Assembly: GCA_038087875.1 (NCBI GenBank)
Contig: CM075987.1
Coordinates: forward strand, 5,828,001 to 5,892,000
Source: Malacoraja senta
Taxonomy: Eukaryota
Reading direction: 5' to 3'
Length of the DNA: 64,000 bases
Below are positions 39,866 to 51,470 of this stretch, one piece after another. A program made the position numbers and the translations under genes. Under the pieces are notes generated by a model. The model did no database searches and had not been told where the DNA came from. It worked only from the letters and a program-made list of their open reading frames with translations. Each line of letters starts with the position of its first letter. The first letter of the stretch is position 1.

Positions 39866-40941
39866 CTATCACTCAGCCCTGAAGCGAATCCGTGCACTCT
39901 GTTAAAGAAATGCTCCATGTCCCTCAAATCAGCCATTTTTTCCAGGTAAATGACATGTTGAACAATGGAGCATGTTTCTTATTCTAAAATGACAAACAGG
40001 TCACTATGACAAAAAAACAAAAACAAAATGAAGCCATGAAGTGGGAAGAATTTATTGTTGACACTACAATACTGTTTAAAGAGACCCGTGAAGTTGTATC
40101 AATACAACTCTTACTTTCTAAATGCTGCCTGGGATTGTTCTTTTTAAACAAAGCAAAAATGTTTAATTATGATGATGCTGCTTTTTGCAGCAGACTGATG
40201 CACAAAACGTTTTAATTTAGATACATAACACTGTGTCTCTGATTAAAACATTTATGTTAATGGACCTTCTGTCGGGTATTTAACATACCACAGACTGCAA
40301 CATTATCTACAGCTCTTTTATTACTGTACTTCTGTATGGAATCTGCATTAGACAAAGGAATTTTACAAAGCGGGCATTAACCTAAACGAAGAGATCTGAC
40401 CAAAGTACCAACCTAATCCAAGCATCCCAATTCTCTTTGCAACATGTTTAGCAGTATTCAGCTGCTTCAATGCTTCAAAGTCCAGAGTAACAGTTATTGG
40501 TATTGTGACCTCCTCCCTCCATTTTAAAGAAGAGCTTTTCACAAATGACAATATAAGAAACAAATACACAATAACTAACCAACGGAAATAACTACCTCTT
40601 GCAACAACTATTTTGAGATTTTCCTCAATCTTTTGATCATTCAAATTGAATAGTAAAATCTCCAAATTAGATTCATTTTCATTCTAATTTTCACCTTAGC
40701 ACAGTGTAAAGCTAATATTTTACACTAAACGATCGCTCTTTATAGTCTGAAGAAATAAGAAAGGCTTGTTTGTAGAATAGCTAAGCATAATTTAGAAATG
40801 TTGTGCAAAGAATTTACCTTATTCAGCGTTAACTGAACTACATGGAGCACTGCTGGCTACTAATGTCTTGGCAGATCCGAGGATCCTTGCCTCTTCTATG
40901 TCTGGTGGACTGACTATATCGGTTTCCATTTGCAATTCCAT

Positions 40942-41041
40942 TTCAGTCTGAAGAAGGGTTTCGGCCTGAAACGTTGCCTATTTCCTTCGCTCCATAGATG
41001 CTGCCGCACCCGCTGAGTTTCTCCAGCATTTTTGTCTACCT
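40942..41041 (+). mobile_element. Penelope-terminus unit with hammerhead-like core
   Basis: ctgaagaagggtttcggcctgaaacgtt at 40948-40975, then the family arm. Confidence 0.8.
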
Positions 41042-42091
41042 GCAACCATCATCAGGTTGGCTGTTAGGGTGTTTGTGGCTCAGGTGAAGATCTGTTGAAA
41101 TCCAGTTGGGAAATCCTTCTGATATTTAACAGTTCACTGACCACCGGGTTAACAAGCCAAATGGCCACTTCAACAAGACAGTGTCAGGATAGTTTGTATC
41201 TGCACTGCCACCTATTTCAGTACAACACAAAGGAAGGGGGTTAATGCAGCAAGAAAACAAAGAAAAAATAAGAGTAAGTTTTAAATAAACTACAACATTT
41301 ATATTTTCACATCTTCAGATTTCATTGAAATATAAATGACCAGGCTATCGGTTGTTGGAATTTATTTTTGTCTTTATAATAATCATACGACCATACTGAC
41401 TGATTTCTATATTCACAAATAATTGACTGATTTCTATATTCACAAAGTGTTATAAGATTCTTTATTCTACAAGAAATAACCAATCAAATTAACGCATTGA
41501 AAGTTTTTGTGATGAGTTATCAGAGACCTTAGATTGGTATTCAGCTGGACTATTCCATTCAGACAAGGTGGACTATGCTTTGTAATCAAAACCAATTTCT
41601 CCAGTCAAATTGCTTTCAGTTATAATTACAATGGGAACCTCTTAATTAGAGCACCCTGTGGTGAGCAAAGTGTTTCTTTTATCCAAACAGTCCTATTAAC
41701 TAAGCAGTGTAGAATGAAAAATAACTTGGCTCCCAAAATTATTTCTTCATCGAACACTAGCGCCAAGCATTCTATCACTTTATATTTACTGCACATCATT
41801 CTAAAAAGGGCTGGGTTTGCACAAGGAGCATTTGGTTTTAAAATGTCATTGCTCCTATAACAGTAGAAGTTCATCTGATACTTTTACGCAAGTTCTTACT
41901 GCTTTTTCTTTTGTTAGCAAGAAGGTGAAAATAATGTAGTCCTAGCTGGAAATTTTCACCAAAATGCAATCCCTTCCCATTGTTATGAATAAATTAATCT
42001 CTCTACGCACTTCTTCCATGCACTGCATCAAATTTGTTACTACTTATGTGAACCGCGGGAAAAAATCCCTTACTTTATTACTCACTGAAGT

Positions 42092-42368
42092 TACACTAGA
42101 CTGTGGAACAGCATCCCTCTTTTCATCAGAACTGCCCCCTCCATCGACTCCTTTAAGTTTAAACTTAAAACTTATTTCTACTCACAAGCGTTTCTTGAGG
42201 TCCTCTGAGGGAGCACTGTATGTATGTATTCATGTATGTATTGTTAGATCTATGTACCACTGTATGTAGCACGTTAGTACCTGCACTGATGTAAAGCACT
42301 TTGGTCAACGAGAGTTGTTTTTAAATGTGCTATAGAAATAAAACTGACTTGACTTGACTTGACTTGAC
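42092..42368 (+). mobile_element. L2-clade LINE 3' end
   Basis: RLWNSIPLFIRTAPSIDSFKFKLKTYF; tail tgtaaagcactttgg...aaataaaac(TGACT)n. Confidence 0.8.
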
Positions 42369-42404
42369 ACTGACTCCTTGCTAGTGCACACCAAATAACT
42401 CCAT

Positions 42405-42665
42405 GTGTAGGAAGGAACTGCAGATGCTGGTTGATACTGAAGATAGACACAAAGTGCTCGAGTAACTCAGGCAGCATCTCTGGAGAAAAAGGATGGGTGA
42501 CGTTTCGGGTCAGAACCCTTCTTCAGACCATCTTGCGTTAACTATGAATACCAAACTCTCTACATCTTAGGTACACAAAAATGCTGGAGAAACTCAGCGG
42601 GTGCAGCAGCATCTATGGAGCGAAGGAAACAGGCAACGTCTCGGGCCGAAACCCTTCTTCAGACA
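42405..42665 (-). mobile_element. Two adjacent co-oriented Penelope-terminus units (about 42405-42528 and 42570-42665)
   Basis: Second unit has a 13-bp TSD tctctacatctta (42557-42569, 42666-42678). Both carry hammerhead-like cores on the minus strand. Confidence 0.85.
42493..42532 (-). ncRNA. Candidate minimal type I hammerhead ribozyme (short stem III)
   Basis: RNA GAUGGU-CUGAAGA-A-GGGU(UCUG)ACCC-GAAA-CG-UC-ACCCAUC: intact core and stem II, palindromic ACGU stem III, possible stem I GAUGGU/ACC[C]AUC. Confidence 0.6.
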
Positions 42666-45600
42666 TCTCTACATCTTATATTACATGTGGATTCATGTCT
42701 TTTCATTCATAAATGTAAAGGCAGAAAAAATATATATAAACCTACAATTTTCTAATGCATTGTAAAAATCCAAGTTTTGCAAAGTGTTTCATGTGCACAA
42801 AAAGTATAAAAGTGAAAACAACTTAAACGTTTCAATTTTAGCAAGGTGTTTGAGGTTATGCAGCCCTTAAGCCTTTAGACACACACTGATAATGATACCT
42901 AAAGCTGCTAAAACACTTATCATCCCAGTTCACAGATGCATTACCATCAATGTCTTCTAATTGATACTTTCCTATTTATCGTCACCTTGCCACTCAGCCA
43001 GCTGCCGAACAGTGCCATGTCACTTTCCATTTATGGACTCCCAACTCCCTTGATCTGGGTAATTAGAGTTTATGTGTTAATTGGTGTAAATACATAGATG
43101 GGGCTCGCAGGCATAAATTTCAAACCCAAGCCATAAATTGTGTGACTGATGAGCAAGGAAAATGCTTAAACCAGAACAAGTGTCACGTCCACTTCCATCA
43201 TGTGAAAAATGCCGATTTGTTTGAAGACAAAATTGGAATGTTTATGTTTAGTTAGGATTTAACGAGCAGAACAGTATCTTCAGCTATTTAAGATGTATTG
43301 CGGCACGTGAGGGCATAAAATCATTTCCTGATACAAAACAAAATTGCTGGTGAACTTCATTGGCCTTTCTAACTGTGAGATTATACAGTCTGTGTGAGCT
43401 TCAATGTACACCTCTTATTTATAGTCATAATTACAATGCGGCAGGATTCTTCATCACAAAAAAGTTAAAATGAGTGAATGCTATAATTAAAGAACAATAT
43501 GCTTTGGCTTTATCCTTTGTGGCAAATTGTTTGAAGCGGATTTTTGACTTATTTCAAATTGGTAAAGGAAAATATATGACGATTTTTGAAACAAGGGTTG
43601 ATTTAAACTGTGGTATTAAACCCCCAAGGAGAAGTACCAAAGCCACTCTCTTAAAATTAACAGATGTCTGCCAAACAGTTTGAAACAAAGAAATGCAGAT
43701 GCAAATGTAATCAGCATCCAAATGAGCTCCTTGCAAGACCCTTTAAGGCACATCTGAGTGCAAGCACTGCCTACCTTTCAACTTGCAAATGACAGTGTCA
43801 CTGAAAACCATCCTTCCATCAATAAACCTGGGTCATGAATATACAAAAGCCAGCAGCAAGACTGCATACCTCCTGCCGTTAAACTTGGCCTAATTATCCA
43901 GGCATTTTTTCTCTTCATTTTATCCAAAGGGTACACTCTCAGTCAGCTGTTGACCAGCCTGAGCATAATTAAGGTAGGTCATGCACACTGACCCCCATGT
44001 GGACAACTAATATAGTTAAATGTGGACACCAAATGTCATCTTTCTTATTCATCAGTACAAAGTTCCCCACCCCTTTAAAATACCAATCTGCTGCCATTTT
44101 TAACATCCCCCTCTTCAAGCTGTCATCTCACAGTGGTCGCTGCCAGCAGAGTGAATTAGCATTCTAACTGATGTGCTGCTATTCTCAGATGATTTACTGT
44201 GGTAGGATAACTAATGGCCTCCCTACTGGAAATGGAACCAATAATCAATGTCTCATCAATGTAAGAGTACCAATTAGACCCTCTGTTACACAGCCACAAT
44301 ACCAGAACATTCCAGCCAAGGTCAGAAACTGTTTCAAATATACAAACTGGTTAAAAGAACTGCCATATCTATCATTTGACCAATCTGATTAAGCATGCTA
44401 AAAAATGAGAAAAGAAATGGCCAGCACGGCGAGATTAAACGAGAAAATGTTCTTCAAACAACATTAGAATCTTATAAGCAAAGCAACATTCTGTCCGTAA
44501 TAATTTATAGACAGTCATGATAAATACTATTTGTACATGACAGACACATGAAATAATAAACCTTGCTGCTATAAACATTACCAAATACTGACACTATTGA
44601 TTTATTAAGTCCAACAGTGACATCAAACAGAATAACTGACACAAACAATGTCGTTGCTTTAAGTGCCGTTTGTCAGCGATTAATTCTGCCAAACAGGTTT
44701 AGTTATGCTGTGACTGCTGTCTAGCACTTGTCAATCCAAGCAAGAATTACTAGCGCCACACGCGTGGAAACTCATGCTCAAAGCTGTGCTGTTAGCCCTC
44801 ATTACCCCAGTCATTGTAACTGAGAAGCAAGTCTAGCCCCTGTTTAATATGCATGTTAATTATGTAAATTATTAATTGGGCTGGTGCTTTAGGTCTTGTA
44901 TTTTATGCCTGGATTAAGTAAATAATTGTATCTAGCATCATTTTAATCCTAACCTGTGAATGACATGAACTGGTCTGAAACTGACATTCATATGATTTGG
45001 CTTCTGCACATCAGCTCCATTAGGTTACATGTGTAGGCCATGCTCATGAATATCTGCATGCAAGACAACGAGATTACACTTTAAGGGAAACTGCTTCTAG
45101 GCGTTCTTGAGCTATAGAACTCAGAAAATTTGCTTTCAATACAATAACTGCACTTTAACGGATGGATTTGCCCAATATTACAACATTATCCAAACCTGAC
45201 TTCAGGAACTGTCTTAATTTAAAGGAATATTCTTTCTGGCTGGAAAACAAAATAATAACTTTCAGTAATTCCTAGGAAGTTAAGTAAAAAATATTGCTTC
45301 ATCTTAGGCAGTCTCTTGGGATCAAGGGTAATTTGCTTCCACTCAGTTTCCGTGGGTTCTAAGGTGACTGATGAGACCAATATTGCTCCTGCAGAGCCGT
45401 TCACAGATGGGGCAGGAAATGCCTGACAAGACAGGTGTGTTTACGAAATGATATGCTCCTTCTTCTGTTCATCTGCTCACGATACGGAGTCTTCAGGTTC
45501 TCAATGCTGCACAGTGAAGCTCTCTCCATTTTGAGCCATCTTAAGCCAGGGACTCCCAGGAGTATGTGGGTTTGCTGCAATTTTTTAGGACACATTTAAA

Positions 45601-48402
45601 TATTTTTATTTGTCTCCCTGATAAAATCTCCTCTTGGACAGAGCTTGGAATTCAGCACCTTTTAAAGATTCTGTTCGACTTGATCTGCTCTATCACGATG
45701 GTTAATGTAATAAGAACCTCAGTGCTGGGAAAGTTAGTGTAGAAGACAAAATGGCCCTTGATTTTGTTTTCATCTTTCCAGTGCATTTGGAGCATTTTGA
45801 GGAAATAGTACTGGTGGTATTTCTCCAGTTTTATGTATGTAGTCAAAGACTCAGAAACAGATGGGAAAGCAGTGATCAATGATGCACGAGTTTTATGTCC
45901 AGTCTGAGATTTTGATTTGCCAACACCCTTTCCCTCAGTCACAATGGTGCACTAAAGATAATTGTGGGTTTCATAATCAGAATATGCTTTTGCTGAGAGC
46001 TGACTCCCAAGGAAAGTGAAGTTGTCTATGTTTGCCAGATCTCACCATGAGCCAGTTCTAGCCTGCCCAACCTTTCCCTTTCGCTCAGGATGCCAGTATA
46101 AGGTTTGTACTTTCTTGGGCTTGAGAGAATGTGTATGCAGTGACTTGGAACTTGGCCTCCATCAGTGCAAAAACACATACACCAACTATCTACACTATTT
46201 TCCAATATGTCAATCCTAGAGGTATATTTGCTCAGAGCAAGAACATTTCACATTGCCATGGAGAGGAAATATTATTTTGGCACTCCAAAGGAAATGAAAA
46301 ATAATGCAGAATTACAGTTGAGAGCCATGATGGAGCTTTCCAACCATGCAGAAACATACCAGGTACGCGGATGCAATTTGAGCTAATTTCTTGTGATATG
46401 TTGAATTAACCATGACTCTCCGATACCTCACCTTCCAATATCCATGATTTTCCATACAGTTGGGTAGATATTTTTTTCCCACCAGAGATGGTACAATGTC
46501 AGTCATAGTAGCAATAATATTAATCCCCTCTTTTGCAAAGTCATCAACATTTTTAGCATGCTAATTTATTTTTATTTATTTTTTAAATTGGAATATTTTA
46601 AATTCTCATTTAATTGTCTTAATGTTAACATATTTATAGAAGATGATTTTTAACGTCGTCATATAACCCACCATATATTTTAGAATACACAATTATAGCA
46701 ACATTAGTAATGTAAAATAAATTAAGAATGAGATCCCAACTTCAGTTTACAAATATGATTAATGGCACCATTCCAAAATAGATCAAAAGTTTTATATTAA
46801 AAAATGTATAGTTAATAGCTAAAATGAAAGGGAAGAGTGCACCAAGCGGGGAGAGCAGTGGATGTGTGGGATCATTAAAACGTGGAGAACTTCTGTAATT
46901 GCGAGAAAGGGATTCTAATCCCAAAGACAAATCAAGCAGAAGCCCAGCACGCAATTTCTGATAAAATGGGAAGCCTGTTGTGATATTACAGTAAATTTGG
47001 CAGTAAAAAGAACCTGAAACTCCTACCTGTAGAGCATCTCTCCCTTAAAACAGCACTAGCCACTTCAAACACCCCAATGTTTAAAACAGCTACAGTGCAT
47101 GACAAACATTGTTGAAGGAGGGAATTCCAAGATGGTCATTCAAAAAAATTAAGCTTTGTCAAATCATCAGTGAAGTATGAATTATTGACAGGTCATACAA
47201 CTTTATCTAAAAAGAGTATGAGCTGATGTATTTCCTCTTTATCATTAAATCAAAGAGTTATATTGACAAAAAATTAAAATTGTGGTTGACGTGGATTGAG
47301 ACAGCCAGTATTGGCATGATTGGAGTACTTGACATACATTGATCCAGTCATTCAGATACTTATCTGCTGACAATGTTATCACAAAATACAAACATAAGAA
47401 TGTTTTTTAGTCTTCAGTGCATAAGTGGGCAGTTAACATATGCAGAAATAAGAAATGTAGTCTAAATGAGATGGAAGTTCATTCAATGTGAAGTCAGCAT
47501 GTCACTATGTACAGTGCCCTCCATGATGTTTGGGACAAAGACCCATCATTTATTTAATTGCCCCTGTACTCCACAATTTGAGATTTGTAATAGAAAGAAA
47601 ATAATCACATGTGGTTAAATTGCACATTGTCAGATTTTATTAAAGGCCATTTTTATACATTTTGGTTTCACCATGTAGAAATTACAGCTGTGTTTATACA
47701 TAGCCCCCCCCCCCAAATTTCAGGGCACCATAGTGTTTGGGACACATAGCTTCACAGGTGTTTGTAATTGCTCAGATGTGTTTAATTGCTTCCTTAATGC
47801 AGGTATAAGAGAGCTCTCAGCACCTAGTCTTTCTTCCAGTCTTTCCATCATCTTTGGAAACTTTTATTGTTGATTAACAACACGAGGACCAAAGTTGTGC
47901 CAATGAAAGTCAAAGAAGCCAAAGCAACAAAGGAGTTTGTCAAAGCTAAAAAATGGTCAAGTCAATCACCCAATCTGAATCTAATTGAGCATTCTTTTTA
48001 TATGCTGAAGAGAAAACTGAAGGGGACTAGCCCCCCAAACAAGCATAAGCTAAAGATGGCTGCAATACAGCCTTGGCGGGACATCACCTGAGAAGACACC
48101 CAGCAACTGGTAATGTCCATGAATCGCAGACTTCAAGCAGTCATTGCATGCAAAGGATATGCAACAAAATACTAAACATGACTACTTTCATTTACATGAC
48201 ATTGCTGTGTCCCAAACATTATGGTGCCCTGAAATGGGGGGGGACTATGTATAAACACTGCTGTAATTTCTACATGGTTAATCCAAAATGTATAAAAATG
48301 GCCTTTATTGAAATCTGAAAATGTGCACTTTAGCCACATGTGATTTTTTCCTATTCCAAATCTCAAATTGTGGAGTACAGAGGCAAATAAATAAATGATG
48401 GG

Positions 48403-48574
48403 AAGTACACAAAAATGCTGGAGAAACTCAGCGGGTGCAGCAGCATCTATGGAGCGAAGGAAATAGGCAACGTTTCGGGCCGAAACCCTTCTTCAGATGC
48501 TGCTGCACCCGCTGAGTTTCTCCAGCATTTTTGTGTACCTTCGATTTTCCAGCATCTGCAGTTCCTTCTTTAAC
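48403..48574. mobile_element. Penelope-terminus fold-back unit inserted in the Tc1 right TIR
   Basis: 14-bp TSD aaataaatgatggg (48389-48402, 48575-48588); perfect inverted arms of about 44 bp. Confidence 0.9.
48469..48496 (-). ncRNA. Candidate hammerhead ribozyme core
   Basis: CUGAAGA-A-GGGU(UUCG)GCCC-GAAA-CG-UU; stem I is poorly supported in this copy. Confidence 0.5.
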
Positions 48575-48859
48575 AAATAAATGATGGGTCTTTGTCCCAA
48601 ACATTATGGAGGGCACTGTAGAATGCTCAACACACTTAAATAATTCTGTGCACCATTTCTTGATCGTTAAATATCAAATTAATTTCTGCATTAATCAATA
48701 TACCATTCCATGAAAAAAAGAACTATTCTGTAACACAACTAATGAAAATTGCATCCAATTGAATACTGTAAAGCATTAAACATAAGGGATCAAAAATAAT
48801 AATTGAATCCATCTTTTTAAGCAGCAAACAATTTTCCTTATGAAACATCAGCCGAAATA

Positions 48860-49003
48860 CATATACGGATGTCAGATAAACAAGGGGAACGGGTTACATT
48901 GGAGGAACGGGTGAGTGGTGGAAATGGGTTGCGTTGGGGGAATGGGTGAGTGGTGGATTGTTGCGTTGGGGAAATGGGGCCCAAAGGGTCCCACTTGGTC
49001 TAG
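48860..49003 (+). mobile_element. Short Helitron-family copy (3' end)
   Basis: ggggcccaaagggtcccacttggtCTAG|T matches the 3' ends at 36696 and 63197; 5' boundary uncertain. Confidence 0.7.
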
Positions 49004-50189
49004 TTTATCATATATCTGTACAAAGTGGACGGTTCGATTGTAATCATGTATAATCTTTACACTGACTGGTTAGCACACAACAAAAAGCTTTTCACTTATC
49101 CTCAATACATGTGGCAATAAACTAAACTTAATGACTATTTCCAACATTTCCTGTTTTGATTTGAAACTCAATTGTTTTTTTACACCATTTCAACAATATT
49201 GAGTAATTAAATACAGGAATTTTAATATTTTGCTTAAATGACACTGGCCAATGAAATGAAATATTTCTGAGATTTTACCAGTTACCAATTGATATGTTGC
49301 ATAGAACAGTTAGTAATACAGTAAGAATACTCCCATGCATGTAGAATACAGAAGAGGAAAGTGATTCATAGGCTTCCAAGCGCATGATGTTCACATACAG
49401 AAAGACAAAGGGCAAATAGCTGTGCATCATCAATCAGTGGACAATGCACATACGCCATTGCTGCTGGAAAACTGGAACATGATGAAGAAACTGCATGGGA
49501 CAGAAACCTGTACAATTGTAAGTTTTGCCACTATCAGGGAAATCACGACTGAAGTCATAAAATAATGGGCCGCTTATCACAGTGTTCTTTAAAAAAAGAA
49601 TGAGTGAAGAAAATCTTCGAAGGTCCTCTGTATGCCAGCTTCCAATGTCCAATTGGTAGTCGGTGGAGTGGAGTGTCCACTTCTTTCTCTCACCTACCAT
49701 TAGTTTAGGTAATTTATGTCAGCCTCATTATTTGGAAGATAAGAACTTTGAAGAACTCCATGATAGATCCTGCAGCTAAGTTCACTCATTTGACAGTTGC
49801 TACATACATCTGGGATTCATGACACTCATAAGCATGAGTCACTGCACATCCCGAAGATCGCTCCACTGCCCAGACATAAAACTCATGGGCCTCTTTCACA
49901 GTGCAATTTTGGTGTGCACGCCTTAACTTGACTCTCCTAATGACTTAGTAAATAGTTGTATCACCCTGTGTGGTTTTCCACAGCAACTTTGTTCCTCAAA
50001 AATATTCCCTCCACAAGCTACACAATTTCTTTCAATTGATTAGTACAAACAAGAGTGTTTGAAATACACCGCATGTTAAATACGAGTGAACCTATTTTCC
50101 AAAAGAAATAGAAATTCCGCACTAAAACCCAGTAAAACATACAATCTCCCATAAATGCCTGATGGCATAGTAGACTGCTTCTTTTAAAG

Positions 50190-50281
50190 TCTGAAGAAGT
50201 GTATCAGCCCGAAACGTCACCCATTCCTTCTCTTCAGAGATGCTGCCTGCCCCGCTGAGTTACTACAGCATATTGTGCCTA
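50190..50281 (+). mobile_element. Penelope-terminus unit with 13-bp TSD
   Basis: gcttcttttaaag at 50177-50189 and 50282-50294; starts at ctgaagaag...gaaacgtc. Confidence 0.85.
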
Positions 50282-50974
50282 GCTTCTTTTAAAGAGTTGG
50301 GTGTCAGAAGATAGTTTATAGATCTACAGCCTGGGAAACCAGCATACTGTGTGTGTATTGTTTTAAGTTTATTTTTACTTTTATTGTGAACATTTAAACT
50401 AAATTACCTCTTTATTATTAAAGCCTCGCAGACAACTGTCATCTTTGGCAACTCTCTATCACCTTAATTCCTAATGAGGTCATACACCCCAAGTTGAGAA
50501 CAATTGATCTGCACCACATGAATTGAATTCATCTGACACCAACCCCCTCGTCCAGCCTCCTTTTAGCACACATTGTTGTGCAGCAATGGCTAATATTGAG
50601 TGATGACATTTATTCATGAAAATCTATGTCACAACATTACACTGAAGATTCTTGTTTGCTAATCCTATGCATGGAAATTCCAAACATGGGAAAAATGTTT
50701 GTGCAAATTCAAAGCAACAACTTTAATATGCAAAAGGCAGCAGAAGGAAGCAATGGTCCAGAAGCTTGAAGATTCACACCTCAGAATGCAATGTAAAGTT
50801 GGGACTCTAATGCAGCTTGTAGATTAAAAGGAAAAGCAACTTCACGACCAAGAAAAATTGAAAAACAAAATAGCAAAGCAATAAAAGAGAAGCTGTCCAC
50901 AGAAAAAAAGAAAAATAATTGGATTATGAAAATTCCAGTGTTAATTATCTAACATTCCCATAAGATTCCCAAGT

Positions 50975-51440
50975 TGGAAAGGCTACATAAAAGATTTACA
51001 AGGATGTTGCCAGGACTCGAGGGCCTGAGCTATGGGGAGAGGTTGAGCAGGCTGAAACTGCTTGCAATAGGATGAGGGGTGATCTTTTAGAGGTGTAATA
51101 ATCATGACAGGAAAAGATCGGGTAAAACCACAGAATCTCTTGCCCAGAGTAGGGGATCGAGAACCAGGGGACATAGGTTTGAGGTGAAGGGGGAAAGATT
51201 TAATAGGAACCTGAGGGGTAACATTTTCACACAAAAGGTGGTTGATGTATGGAACAAGCTGCTAGAGGAGGTAGTTGAGGGACCTTTGGAACGTTTAGGA
51301 AACAATTCGATAGGTACATGAATAGGACAGGTTTAGAGGAATATGGGCCAAATACAGGCAGGTACGACTAGTGTAGATGGGACATGTTCGTCATTGTGGG
51401 CAAGTTGGGCTGAAGGGCCTGATCCACACTGTATGACTCG
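50975..51440 (+). mobile_element. CR1/HER1 LINE 3' fragment
   Basis: RFTRMLPGLEGLSYGERLSRL, accaggggacataggtttgaggtg (TRGHRF), and an HE1-shared tail gggctgaagggcct. Confidence 0.85.
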
Positions 51441-51470
51441 ATGAGGTTTTTATATTTTCAAAAGGGGCCA

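Larger units (their letters stand above)
47512..48618 (+). mobile_element. Internally deleted Tc1 DNA transposon
   Basis: TA|cagtgccctcc...ggagggcactg|TA, long TIRs (over 200 bp), transposase remnant SQSPNLNLIEH; about 630 bp deleted relative to 51471-53013. Confidence 0.93.

Noticed and set aside
39580-39949. ORFs spanning the N run
   Set aside because: Artefacts of the assembly gap.
45320-46500. Possible ancient RTE-like LINE remnant (similarly 19670-20250 and 21520-21870)
   Set aside because: Looks like decayed retroelement sequence, but I could not recover enough diagnostic motif to call a family or boundaries.
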